A DNA stretch of 39,485 nucleotides from Octopus bimaculoides (lineage: Eukaryota), in contig NC_068986.1 of assembly GCF_001194135.2 (NCBI RefSeq), positions 28,188,743-28,228,227 of the forward strand, given 5' to 3'. Below are positions 1 to 10,792 of this stretch, in pieces. The notes beneath the pieces were generated by a model. That model was not told the DNA's origin, did not search any database, and saw only the letters and a list, made by a program, of their open reading frames with translations. The position numbers and the translations under genes are program-made. How positions within the stretch are numbered: position 1 is the stretch's first letter; each line of letters starts with the position of its first letter.

Positions 1-26
1 TGTGTGTGTGTGTGTGTATGTATGTA

Positions 27-66
<40 letters not shown>

Positions 67-67
<1 letters not shown>

Positions 68-300
68 GTGCATGTGTGGTTGTCACTCACGATCACTTGA
101 CAACCGGTGCTGGTTTGTTTACGCCCCTGTAACTTAGCGGTTTGACAAAACAGACTGATAGAATTATTACAAGGCTTAAACACTAAGTCCTGAGTGGGTG
201 TTGGGGGGAGAGGTCGATTCATTCGACTAAAGGATTTCTCTAAGACGTTGTTGCCCCAGCTAGGCCGCAGTCCAAAGACTGAGTCAAGTAAAAGATGAAA
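67..300 (+). mobile_element. SINE family B, 3' portion following its internal (TG/CA) microsatellite
   Basis: TGACAACCGGTGCTGGTTTGTTTACG..GTAACTTAGCGG..GGCCGCAGTC..GACTGA..CAAGTAAAAG, shared with the copies at 16308, 21102 and 35319. Confidence 0.7.
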
Positions 301-409
301 GTTATATAATTTCATACAGATTAACATTCTTCTTACATTTTTCTAACAATTTCCGTCGTAGGACTGCGGCCATGCTGGAGCATCACCTTGGAGAAATAAA
401 TACAAGTAT

Positions 410-1414
410 ACATACATGTAAGTATACATACATACATACATACATACATACACACATGACGTACATATATAACATACATAACACAAACATACATAATATA
501 CATACATACATACATGCATATATAACATACATGCATACATACATAATATTCATACAAACATGCATACATACATACATAACATACGTACATACATAACATA
601 ATACATACATAACATACATACATAAATACCATACATACATACATGCACACATACAAGTATTCATAGATACATGCAACACATACAAATCTGCATGTGCATT
701 GACACCTAATACTCCACACATGCACACATACATGCAAAAATGCCCAGCTACGTTTGTTTAAATTCCTATGAAGGGGTCTTGGTCCTAGGTTAGAAACCAG
801 CTCTTTCTCTATTTGGCAAGAAATCTTGAAATAAAACTGAATAGCAACATATATGCATGCATGCGAGCTTACATACAAGCATGCGCGCATACATATGTAC
901 ATACATACATACAAATATACATACATTCACATATACATACATACATACATACATACATACATACATACATACATGTGTTTGAAGTCGAGTTTATAAATGA
1001 GAAATTCACAGCAGTGACTGAGTGAAAGATTAGCTTCGAATAATGAATAATAAATAGATTCGCTTGCATATATGGAGTAGCATTTTTAAAAACTCCTTTG
1101 TACATTCAAAGTATGTATGTATGTATGTATGTATGTGTTTATGCATGCATGCATGTATGTATATATGTATGCATATATGTATGCACGCATGCATTAATGT
1201 ATGTGTGTATGATGCGTGCATGAATATATGTATACCTATCTATCTATCAATCTATCATTCTATCTATCTATCTATCTATCTATCTATCCATCCATCTATT
1301 TGTCTGTCTGTCACTACACACACACACACACACACATACACACACACATATAAATCGACACAAAAATATATATATAAATAGATATTTAGATACATATATC
1401 TAAATATATGTACT

Positions 1415-1497
<83 letters not shown>

Positions 1498-1592
1498 NNN
1501 NNNNNNNACACACTCACGCATATATATATATATATTTATATGAACATTTGTGAATTTTTGTATTTGTGTGCATATTGTGTTTCTATTAATGC

Positions 1593-1646
<54 letters not shown>

Positions 1647-1650
1647 AAGT
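410..1650. repeat. Compound microsatellite field: (CATA)n, (TGTA)n, (TATC)n, (CA)n, (TA)n, (TG)n
   Basis: Directly visible. Explains the HTYI/YVCM/HTHT pseudo-ORFs. Confidence 0.95.
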
Positions 1651-1870
1651 ATTTGTGTATGCACGTATTTGCAATCAACCGTACAGAAGTATCCGTCTGC
1701 TTCAGTAGGTCTAACAGAAATATGTATAAGATCACATCATCAGGGGCAGTTAATAAAAGCCATATTGAGTACGAATGCGTACAACGTTCAGGTAGTTCTG
1801 AACCGCGCTGCTACTACCCAGCGCCTGTCTTAAACTCATTGCAGCTATGGTCTTCCTAATCACATCCGTT

Positions 1871-2473
1871 GGATCTTTTTTAAAACGGGGGCCACATTTT
1901 TCATTAATGTTTTACGTAGTGTTTTTGGTACCGAAAGACTTTCAAACTTCGTATACTTATCTATTTTGTGTTATAGAACAGAAAAATATTTTTGTATTCG
2001 AATTTATTTCATGTAAAAAATTGTCTTATTTCGATAATTTCAACCAATCACTGAAAAGTATTCAGTTGTTTAGATTTACTTCTTTGGCTGATTAAGCGAT
2101 GTAAAGCGTATTTAATCTCCATACCTTCGTTTTATTTGCTTTTTTCATTTTAAATTTGCTTTAACCCTAACCCTAACCCTAACACTAACCCTAGGGTTAG
2201 GGTTAGGGTTAGAGTTAGGGCTAGGGTTAGGGTTAATTGTTTCAGAATCGTTTGTTTATGTAGTCGGCACTTAATGTATATCGGCTGAATGGACGTCAGT
2301 GATTGGTTGAAATTACAGAAATACGACAACTTTAACATGGAATAATTTATGGATTTCTTTTTTTTTAAGAAGACTAAGAGAAAAAGATGTTTTATATGAC
2401 ACATTCTACCAGTGTTCCAAGTTTCAAAGTGTTTCGTTAATGAAAAATGTGGCCCCCGTTTTAAAAAAGATCC
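1871..2473. mobile_element. Non-autonomous foldback DNA transposon (MITE), GG-terminal with 8-bp TSD, Merlin-like, telomeric-repeat core; copy 1 (603 bp)
   Basis: Perfect 37-bp TIRs GGATCTTTTTTAAAACGGGGGCCACATTTTTCATTAA (1871-1907 / 2437-2473) and exact 8-bp TSD CATCCGTT (1863-1870, 2474-2481). No coding capacity. The Merlin assignment is inferred from the GG termini plus 8-bp TSD. Confidence 0.9.
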
Positions 2474-2638
2474 CATCCGTTAACACTGCCTCACCCCACA
2501 TTACACGCACGTGGGATTATAGCCTCTAATCTGACACAATGAAATCGCAAATGTGATCAAACTGTATTTCGCCCTGTTTCAACGTAGTCAGCCCTCTGTG
2601 TGTGTCTTTGGTTTATATTTGATTGAATCATTAATTAA

Positions 2639-2692
2639 ACTGCGGCCATGCTGGAACACCGCCTTGAAGGGTTTTGTCGGATAAATCGACCT
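2639..2692 (-). mobile_element. SINE family B 3' fragment
   Basis: ACTGCGGCCATGCTGGAACACCGCCTT..AAATCGACC matches the 35319 copy. A similar short fragment lies at 361-391. Confidence 0.6.
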
Positions 2693-2895
2693 CTGTTCGT
2701 CTTCGTGTTTTTTTCTTCTTTTTTTTTTCGTTTTCTAATTTTTCATCGATACCATTACGCAACTGGTACTTATTTAATCAACTCCGAAAGGATGAAAAAC
2801 AAAGTTGACTTCGGCAGAATTTGAACTTTGAACGTAAAGAAACGAAAGAAATGCTGTTAAGCATTTTGACCTATACGCTACCGATTCTGCTAATT

Positions 2896-4213
2896 CATAG
2901 GTTCTCAAAGTGGGCGCTACCGCCCCCCGGTGGGCGTTGAGAGGGTCCAGGTGGGCGCTAGTGTTTAAAGGGGTGGTAGAGAAAAAAGAGGCAATGGGAG
3001 AAAGGCAGTGGGTTGGGGGACGCTTATGAATTTATAATATAGTGTTACATACAAATTATATAATAATATTAAATATCAAATGATTCACAGTATATATATA
3101 GATTAGTAAAATTAATATTGGATCTTGTTCAAAACGGGGGCACCAGTTTTCATTAATGTTTTATGTAGTGTTTTTTGGTACCGAAAGACTTTCAAACTTC
3201 GTATACTTATCTATTTTGTGTTATAGAACAGAAAAAAATGTTTGTATTCGAATTTATTTCATGTAAAAAATTGTCTTATTTCGATAATTTCAACCAATCA
3301 CTGACAAGTATTCAGCTGTTTACAGTTACTCCTAAACGGTGTAAAGCGAATTTAATCTCCATTACTTCTGACATTTTGCAGAGGCAACACACGTGTGTTC
3401 GTTTTCCCTAACCCTAACCCTAACCCTAACCCTAATTGACTTGCTCCTTCCCTCAAAANNNNNNNNNNNNNNNNNNNNNNNNNNNNNNNNNNNNNNNNNN
3501 NNNNNNNNNNNNNNNNNNNNNNNNNNNNNNNNNNNNNNNNNNNNNNNNNNNNNNNNNNNNNNNNNNNNNNNNNNNNNNNNNNNNNNNNNNNNNNNNNNNN
3601 NNNNNNNNNNNNNNNNNNNNNNNNNNNNNNNNNNNNNNNNNNNNNNNNNNNNNNNNNNNNNNNNNNNNNNNNNNNNNNNNNNNNNNNNNNNNNNNNNNNN
3701 NNNNNNNNNNNNNNNNNNNNNNNNNNNNNNNNNNNNNNNNNNNNNNNNNNNNNNNNNNNNNNNNNNNNNNNNNNNNNNNNNNNNNNNNNNNNNNNNNNNN
3801 NNNNNNNNNNNNNNNNNNNNNNNNNNNNNNNNNNNNNNNNNNNNNNNNNNNNNNNNNNNNNNNNNNNNNNNNNNNNNNNNNNNNNNNNNNNNNNNNNNNN
3901 NNNNNNNNNNNNNNNNNNNNNNNNNNNNNNNNNNNNNNNNNNNNNNNNNNNNNNNNNNNNNNNNNNNNNNNNNNNNNNNNNNNNNNNNNNNNNNNNNNNN
4001 NNNNNNNNNNNNNNNNNNNNNNNNNNNNNNNNNNNNNNNNNNNNNNNNNCCAGTGTCCCAAGTTTCAAAGTGTTTCGTTAAGAAAATACTGGTGCCCCCG
4101 TTTTGAACAAGATCCTTAATATTTTTCTTTATACACAAAAATAGGGGTGGGGCGCTGAAGGTATTATGTGACCATAGGGGGAGGGTGGTGGTCCAAAAGT
4201 TTGTGAACCTCTT
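2896..4213. mobile_element. hAT (Charlie-like) MITE interrupted by the GGATC MITE
   Basis: Imperfect 16-bp TIRs CATAGGTTCTCAAAGT / AGTTTGTGAACCTCTT resembling CAGnGGTTCTCAAACT hAT ends. Exact 8-bp TSD TGCTAATT (2888-2895, 4214-4221). Confidence 0.75.
3120..4115. mobile_element. GGATC-TIR MITE, variant subfamily; copy 2 (interior partly in an N gap)
   Basis: Perfect 28-bp TIRs GGATCTTGTTCAAAACGGGGGCACCAGT (3120-3147 / 4088-4115), TSD TTAATATT (3112-3119, 4116-4123), left arm homologous to copy 1, and (CCCTAA)n near 3405-3435. Confidence 0.88.
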
Positions 4214-4252
4214 TGCTAATTCGTTGCCTTTGTAATAAGATAAAATAAAATA

Positions 4253-4408
4253 ACATTCTTTTCTACTTCAGGAACAAGGTCCGAAATTTCTGGGGAGGGA
4301 GTCAGTCGATTAGATCGACCCCAGTACACGACTGGTGCTTAATTTATCGACCTCGAAACAATGAAAGGCAAAGTCGACCTCAGCGGAATTTGAACTCAGA
4401 ACGTAAAG
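4253..4408 (-). mobile_element. SINE family A, 5'-truncated
   Basis: Reverse complement contains the B-box-like GAGTTCAAATTCC, GAGGTCGACTTTGCCTTTCAT and the tail ..GAAGTAGAAAAGAATGT. Confidence 0.8.
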
Positions 4409-5059
4409 AAAAAATATTAAAAAAAACATTACAATATACATTACAATATAACAAAATCTAAATTTTAGTCGGAATACCACGCTCCCTTTCCAAATCATTA
4501 TCCTATTACTCACTACCTGTGCCCTTAAAATCTCCACTTTCATTTCATCCAAATTATTATCCCTGGAATTGGTACCTTTAGAAACACTACCCAACTCCCG
4601 CATCGCACGTGACTGTTTGATTTTTTTTTTTTTTTGCTGCAATCGTCATTATACCGAGGTACGTTCCAACCGAGTCTAGACTAGGATAAAAATGCACTCA
4701 CTTGCCTTGTGTGTGTATGTGTGTGTGTGTATGTGTGCGTGCGTGTGTATGCCTGTGCGTGTTTATTTGCATTGGTGTATAAGTATGTTTACGGATATGC
4801 ATGTATAAACATATATATATATATATATGTGTGTGTGTATGTGTGTGTGTGTGTGTGTGTGCGTGTGTGTGTGTGAGTAATTGCTATATTTGTACAGAAA
4901 TATTGATTTCATATCTATAACTTGTCTTTCATTCATTAAATCATATATACATGTATATATGTATATATATATGTATGTATGTATGTATGTATCCATATAG
5001 CTATATGTGTGTGAATATCTATATCTATCTATCTATCTATATATATATATATGTGAGTG

Positions 5060-5107
<48 letters not shown>

Positions 5108-5502
5108 NNNNNNNNNNNNNNNNNNNNNNNNNNNNNNNNNNNNNNNNNNNNNNNNNNNNNNNNNNNNNNNNNNNNNNNNNNNNNNNNNNNNNNNNNNNNN
5201 NNNNNNNNNNNNNNNNNNNNNNNNNNNNNNNNNNNNNNNNNNNNNNNNNNNNNNNNNNNNNNNNNNNNNNNNNNNNNNNNNNNNNNNNNNNNNNNNNNNN
5301 NNNNNNNNNNNNNNNNNNNNNNNNNNNNNNNNNNNNNNNNNNNNNNNNNNNNNNNNNNNNNNNNNNNNNNNNNNNNNNNNNNNNNNNNNNNNNNNNNNNN
5401 NNNNNNNNNNNNNNNNNNNNNNNNNNNNNNNNNNNNNNNNNNNNNNNNNNNNNNNNNNNNNNNNNNNNNNNNNNNNNNNNNNNNNNNNNNNNNNNNNNNN
5501 NN

Positions 5503-5535
<33 letters not shown>

Positions 5536-5894
5536 CTGTGTATACATACACACTCACATTCGAACATACGATACAAAGAATGAAAGAAACAAGTTATAGA
5601 TACTAAATCAATAGCGCTGTCTAAATAAACCAATTAATGAGTAATGAACGACAATTTAGCAACATAAATAAAACAAGGAATAAGCAATATTTTCTTTGGC
5701 TTCTACTAATCTAAACATCTACGGTATTTCTGATCAAAGCGATCGCTAAACCACTTTGTCTTAACAATATTTAACGTATGTAGGGAAGGAAGCGGCAGTG
5801 AGGAAGGGTAAATGAAACGATAGAGTGAATGCAGTAGTTAAATGTCTTATGGTATTTTGTTGCCTCTTTCACTGTTGTGTGTTATCGCCTCTGA

Positions 5895-6545
5895 ATTCAG
5901 ACTAGGCTTGGAGTCGATCTTGACCTTCGGTCCTTCATGAGTAGATAAGATAAATCAGTATTTGTCGTCGTTATTGCTTTGTCCTGAGTTGGTCCGGACT
6001 CTGATCGAGTAAACTTATGATCAGATACGTTCCGAGTTGTGACAGTCCCTTTCGTTTAGCGTTTTTAGTGAGTAAATCTCAGACAACGAAACTTATTGTT
6101 CTGATAGCTGCAGGTGGCAACTGTTAAGGCGGTTAAGATTTGAGTATAGTAGAGATGGAGTAAAAATGTGGCTGCTCTCTCTAGGAGGGTGTGCGACCAC
6201 CCAGAGCCTCCCTGTGATCGATACAACCTTATAAATTACTCCTCATTAAGTTCTAGGGCCGAACCAGCCTATTATTCCTTGACCACACTCCCACACTTGT
6301 GGCATTGTGCCTAAGCTAAGAATCAATATTTACCTAATGCTGGGCCACCTCTTTCATCCTTATGTTATCATTTCCGAGTTTAAACGAGGCTGGGAGTGAC
6401 CTTGACTTTCATGGATTCAAAAGTAGATAAGATAAAACACCAGCTATTTTTTGTTATTATACTGATAATTATACTTGTTGCTTAGTCATGAGTCGGCCCT
6501 GCTCAAACAGACTTATGATCAAAGTCGTTCCAGCTGTGACCTTAT
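5895..6545 (+). mobile_element. Two old, degraded SINE-like fragments (about 5895-6045 and 6375-6545)
   Basis: The two segments resemble each other (AGTAGATAAGATAAA, CTTATGATCA, GTTCC.G.TGTGAC) and weakly resemble the family A body. Confidence 0.45.
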
Positions 6546-7287
6546 GTCTCAGCTAAGAATCAATATTTACCTCGTGCAGGAATATGACTATAAACTTGTG
6601 GAAGACTAGTTTAAAGTGTCTTCCCATATTTACTTAACCACCATTTCGTTCTGTGTTTAAACCCAGCTGAATGTCCTCTTTACTCCCTGTGATATAGTGT
6701 CAATAACGTCTTGTCTATCACTTCTCAAACAACACTTGTATTGTTAACGCTGTGGACGCCGTAGAAGCGAACGGTATTGTACAGATGTCGAAACTATAAT
6801 GATATCCGTTTGGCAACTGATGATGAAAGTATACCTTTGATACCTTGATATCTGTGGATGTTTTAATTTTTGTGCTCTCACTGCTCCTTCATTCTCGGAG
6901 GGCTGAACTTATTAAATGGTTCTTGGTTTCTCGGTTTCTCGGTTTCTCGTAGTTTTGTTGTTAGTATTGTACCATACATTGATTCTATGTAATTGTCCTT
7001 GATAAGGATTCTAATTAAAGCTAAGATAATACTTATTTAAGTGTTCCAAGTTTGCGGAGGTTTTGTTGCATGTGAATATGAGAAATATTCTAGAGTGAAT
7101 TCGTTCCTCTGTTTTCCTCCTTCGATTGTCTGGCTCTGCACAATCAGAAATGTAGAGGGCAGTAGGAGTGTCAGAACCGGAAGTGTTGAGAACAAGATGC
7201 AAACTTTACTTCATCAAGTACAATGAATTCTCGCCGAAGATCGCTCAGTTCACATTTCTTTCTGGATACTAACGTGAAATCGTTGTA

Positions 7288-7321
<34 letters not shown>

Positions 7322-7664
7322 CATACATGCATGCATGCATACATACATACATACATATATGTCTGTAGTTCACAGATGAGATCCAGAGATTCTCCGTATA
7401 GAAGACACCTAGTATTGCTCAAAAGATTCAGACTTAGACTCCAATGTCTTTACAAGGGATCGTTCCACAAGATGAAAAAAGGGCTATAAGAGGAATTAAG
7501 TTGAGCGAGTATAGAGGCAATTATGCGGATGAACAAATTAGACGATTTTCACCTTTTGCCATCTCTCGTTTTGTGAGAATACATATATACATATTTTGTG
7601 TTTGATGTATTTAATATATTTGATACATTTGATGTGTCTAATTTGTTTATCCGCATAATTGCCT

Positions 7665-7860
<196 letters not shown>

Positions 7861-8693
7861 CATATAAACACATATATACGTATATATGTATGTACTGCGC
7901 TGGATAATTGTTCACAAGAGTTAGAACGCAAATGGAGGGGAAACTCTATTGTAATGTGACGTGGCATGCACCAAATTTTAATTTCAACGTTTCGTTTTTA
8001 GACATATTAGCAGTACCGGCATGGCAGATTATAGCTTGAGGTAGAAAACGAAAATGCATTCTGGGTTCATAGCTCTATCCTCCAACAACAGCTACGACTC
8101 GGATATCACCAAGTTCTTACAAAAAGCAAAGACAGAAACTAAAATAACAAAGAAAGGAATTCGTGTCCCTCTTTTTCAAAATCTGAGGAAGAGCTAATGG
8201 ACCCTAGCAAATCCAGGACACCATCAATGACAACCCCATCAGGTTGACAAAAGCGACCACCACGCAGCGTCCAAATTGGAATATACTAGAACCTCAGATT
8301 TCAAGTAATACGTGATAAGAGTAAAGCAGCTTATATTCGCTACACTGATTTGAAACACCAGGAGTACTGCATCTAAAGCGTTGTCCCAATAATAACAACT
8401 CGGCCCAAGCGTTGCAGAAGACGAAGCTGGATCAAACTCCACAAGACATTTCATTCAGATCCCTAAGCCTCATACAAGCAACCCACTAACTTGTACTGGT
8501 TATTTATTTTAATTCTAATTTTACCGACATCAGAAACACGAAAGACGAACGCTGCCCTCATCTCTAGTAATGTTCACATTTCAAACTGCTGCTACTTTCT
8601 CTTCATTCATTTTTTCTTGAACTTTCCTCCCTATTATTACCTTCTCCTCTCCCCTACCCTTTTTTAATTTGATTTAGTTTGTTTCTTTCGTTT

Positions 8694-8912
8694 TAAGGCG
8701 GTGAACTAGCAGAAACGGTAGCACGCCGGGCGAAATGCTTAGCAGTATTTTGTCTTTCTTTATATTCAGAGTCCAAATTCCGCCGAGGTCGACTTTGCCT
8801 TTCATCCTTTCGGGCTCGATAAATTAAGTACCAGTTGCGTACTAGGGTCGATCTAATCGACTGGTCCCCTCCCTCAAATTTTCGGGTCTTGTGCCTAGAG
8901 TAGAAAAGGATT
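8694..8912 (+). mobile_element. SINE family A, full length
   Basis: Head TAAGGCGGTGAACTAGCAGAAACG (A-box-like), B-box-like GAGTCCAAATTCC, body GTCGACTTTGCCTTTCATCC..GGGTCGATCTAATCGAC, tail CTTGTGCCTAGAGTAGAAAAG. Confidence 0.85.
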
Positions 8913-9888
8913 TTCTTTTAGCGTTTTACAAGCCCCACCCTCACTCCTAATCCATACGTTTTACTTTTACCTTCATCATATTATTCCTTCCATCTGTCCG
9001 TATGTCTTTCTTTCTGTATGCCTATTTTCATCATCACCTTTTATATTTCTTTATTTTTCCATAAATTCTTTGTTTCAATCTTTCATCTATTTCTTCTCCA
9101 CAGAAAATTTCCTGTCTCCCTCTGTTCTCATTCTTCCTCTCTTCCTTTCATTTTTTAATTCCATTTTTTCCCTTTTTCCTTTTTTTTTTCACATTTATCT
9201 AATCGTCCATCTTACTTCATTCCTCTTCCCTTACATTCTTTCTCCCTTTCTTTCTCTCTTTCTCTCGTTCTTTTCCTTCCTTCTTTCCTTCATTTCTTTT
9301 ACCGCATTAACCTCCCCCATTCATCCATACCACACCTCTCCTCTACCAGGTTATGATACTTTTCAAAGGAATATGTGCTCTACCATCTCTCCCTAGATTT
9401 AATAACAATAATCATAATAAATAACACTGAACCGTTTTCCTTGTTTTTCTTCCTCTTCTTCTATTTTTATTTCTACCATTTTAATATTTTACTGTTTATC
9501 TTATTTTATTTCTATTTCTATTTTTTTTTCTATTTTATTCCTATTTTATTTCGCGTCTTCCTTTATATTTTTTTTCGGTTATTGTCGCTTTGTAATTTGA
9601 TAAATGTTCTCTTTAGTTCTTTAACTGTTTGAAATATCTTTGTAGTAATAGTTACGTTGGGTTTGGTTTTGATATTGTTATATCTCATCTAATATTGTTG
9701 TTATCATTGTTATTGTTGTTGTTGTTGTTGTTTTCTATATTACTATTGTTAATATTAGTGTTACCATGGGTGATAGAGTGACAAAGCAGGAGAGTACTTG
9801 GGGAAAAAAAATGCCTTGCAGTATTTAAAGATGTACTTTTAGGAAATGAATTCAGATTCTGTGAAAGCTGTGAACTCACGATCTAAAC

Positions 9889-10049
9889 CTGTCACGGGAA
9901 AACTGTAGCTCGTGGGCTGCATGCAAACTGCGAGACTTTCTAACGAAAAATTACCTTGTTTTTTTTTGTTTTTTTTTAGTTGTGCGGCTCTCTCGATGAT
10001 GAGCCGTGTCTCATGCGGCTCGCTTCTCTAAAAAGGTTGTCCATGCTTG
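9889..10049. mobile_element. Degenerate hAT MITE (about 160 bp)
   Basis: Ends CTGTCACGGGAAAACT / AGGTTGTCCATGCTTG, internal GCGGCTC/GCTGCATGC subterminal motifs, and a degenerate 8-bp TSD ATCTAAAC / GGCTAAAG. Confidence 0.55.
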
Positions 10050-10168
10050 GGCTAAAGAAATGGCCATTGCGAAGGCAGTGAATATTTTAACCTTCCTGGT
10101 TGAATAGAATGAAACACCAATTAAGTACCGAGTTTGGAATCATTGACTCCACTCTCCCACAAAATGTG

Positions 10169-10295
10169 CAGCTGATTGGCAGAATCGTTAAAGTGATAGA
10201 AAAATACCTTGTTTCGCTTCTTTGCGTTCTGGGTTCAAATCCACTGAGATCAATTATACCTTTTATTTTTTCCGAGTCGATAAATAAAGCATCAG
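10169..10295 (+). mobile_element. Degraded SINE family A running into a gap
   Basis: TGGCAGAATCGTTA head, GGGTTCAAATCC B-box-like motif and GAGTCGATAAATAAAG. Confidence 0.6.
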
Positions 10296-10792
10296 NNNNN
10301 NNNNNNNNNNNNNNNNNNNNNNNNNNNNNNNNNNNNNNNNNNNNNNNNNNNNNNNNNNNNNNNNNNNNNNNNNNNNNNNNNNNNNNNNNNNNNNNNNNNN
10401 NNNNNNNNNNNNNNNNNNNNNNNNNNNNNNNNNNNNNNNNNNNNNNNNNNNNNNNNNNNNNNNNNNNNNNNNNNNNNNNNNNNNNNNNNNNNNNNNNNNN
10501 NNNNNNNNNNNNNNNNNNNNNNNNNNNNNNNNNNNNNNNNNNNNNNNNNNNNNNNNNNNNNNNNNNNNNNNNNNNNNNNNNNNNNNNNNNNNNNNNNNNN
10601 NNNNNNNNNNNNNNNNNNNNNNNNNNNNNNNNNNNNNNNNNNNNNNNNNNNNNNNNNNNNNNNNNNNNNNNNNNNNNNNNNNNNNNNNNNNNNNNNNNNN
10701 NNNNNNNNNNNNNNNNNNNNNNNNNNNNNNNNNNNNNNNNNNNNNNNNNNNNNATATACATGTGTGTTTACTTATATTTGGGTACGTATGTA

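Larger units (their letters stand above)
2761..4230 (-). mobile_element. tRNA-derived SINE (family A) split by the hAT MITE (2761-2895 + 4222-4230)
   Basis: The body matches other family A copies. The head CGATTCTGCTAATT|CGTTGCCTT is restored when the hAT element and one TSD copy are removed. Confidence 0.75.

Noticed and set aside
1686-1790. Possible AG..GT exon (KYPSASVGLTEICIRSHHQGQLIKAILSTNAYNVQ)
   Set aside because: Weak acceptor, no recognisable protein motif and no partner exons.
333-1833. Many 60-200 aa ORFs (YVCM, HTYI, HTHT, CVCV, IYLS), here and throughout the window
   Set aside because: They are translations of di- and tetranucleotide microsatellites that lack stop codons, with no protein-like complexity.
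2161-2236. True telomere or chromosome-fusion site
   Set aside because: Very short, enclosed within a TSD-flanked transposon, and in the opposite orientation to a fusion scar.
3352-4138. Long ORFs spanning X runs (also near 5.1, 10.3, 12.5, 19.4, 23, 33.5, 35.6 and 36.8 kb)
   Set aside because: They are artefacts of N gaps.
4480-4642. Minus-strand ORF piece SRAMRELGSVSKGTNSRDNNLDEMKVEILRAQ
   Set aside because: No recognisable domain; it starts in a poly-A tract and runs into a SINE.
6820-6906. ATGATGA ... CTGA spacing resembling a C/D box snoRNA
   Set aside because: No terminal stem, no clear C'/D' boxes and no guide I can match to rRNA or snRNA. These motifs are common by chance; snoscan would settle it.
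7011-7230. Complex unique sequence with short ORFs on both strands and an ETS-like CCGGAAGT
   Set aside because: No recognisable protein similarity or consistent splice signals.
8050-8480. A-rich stretch that might be a degenerate LINE or exon
   Set aside because: All frames are interrupted and I could not identify any diagnostic motif.
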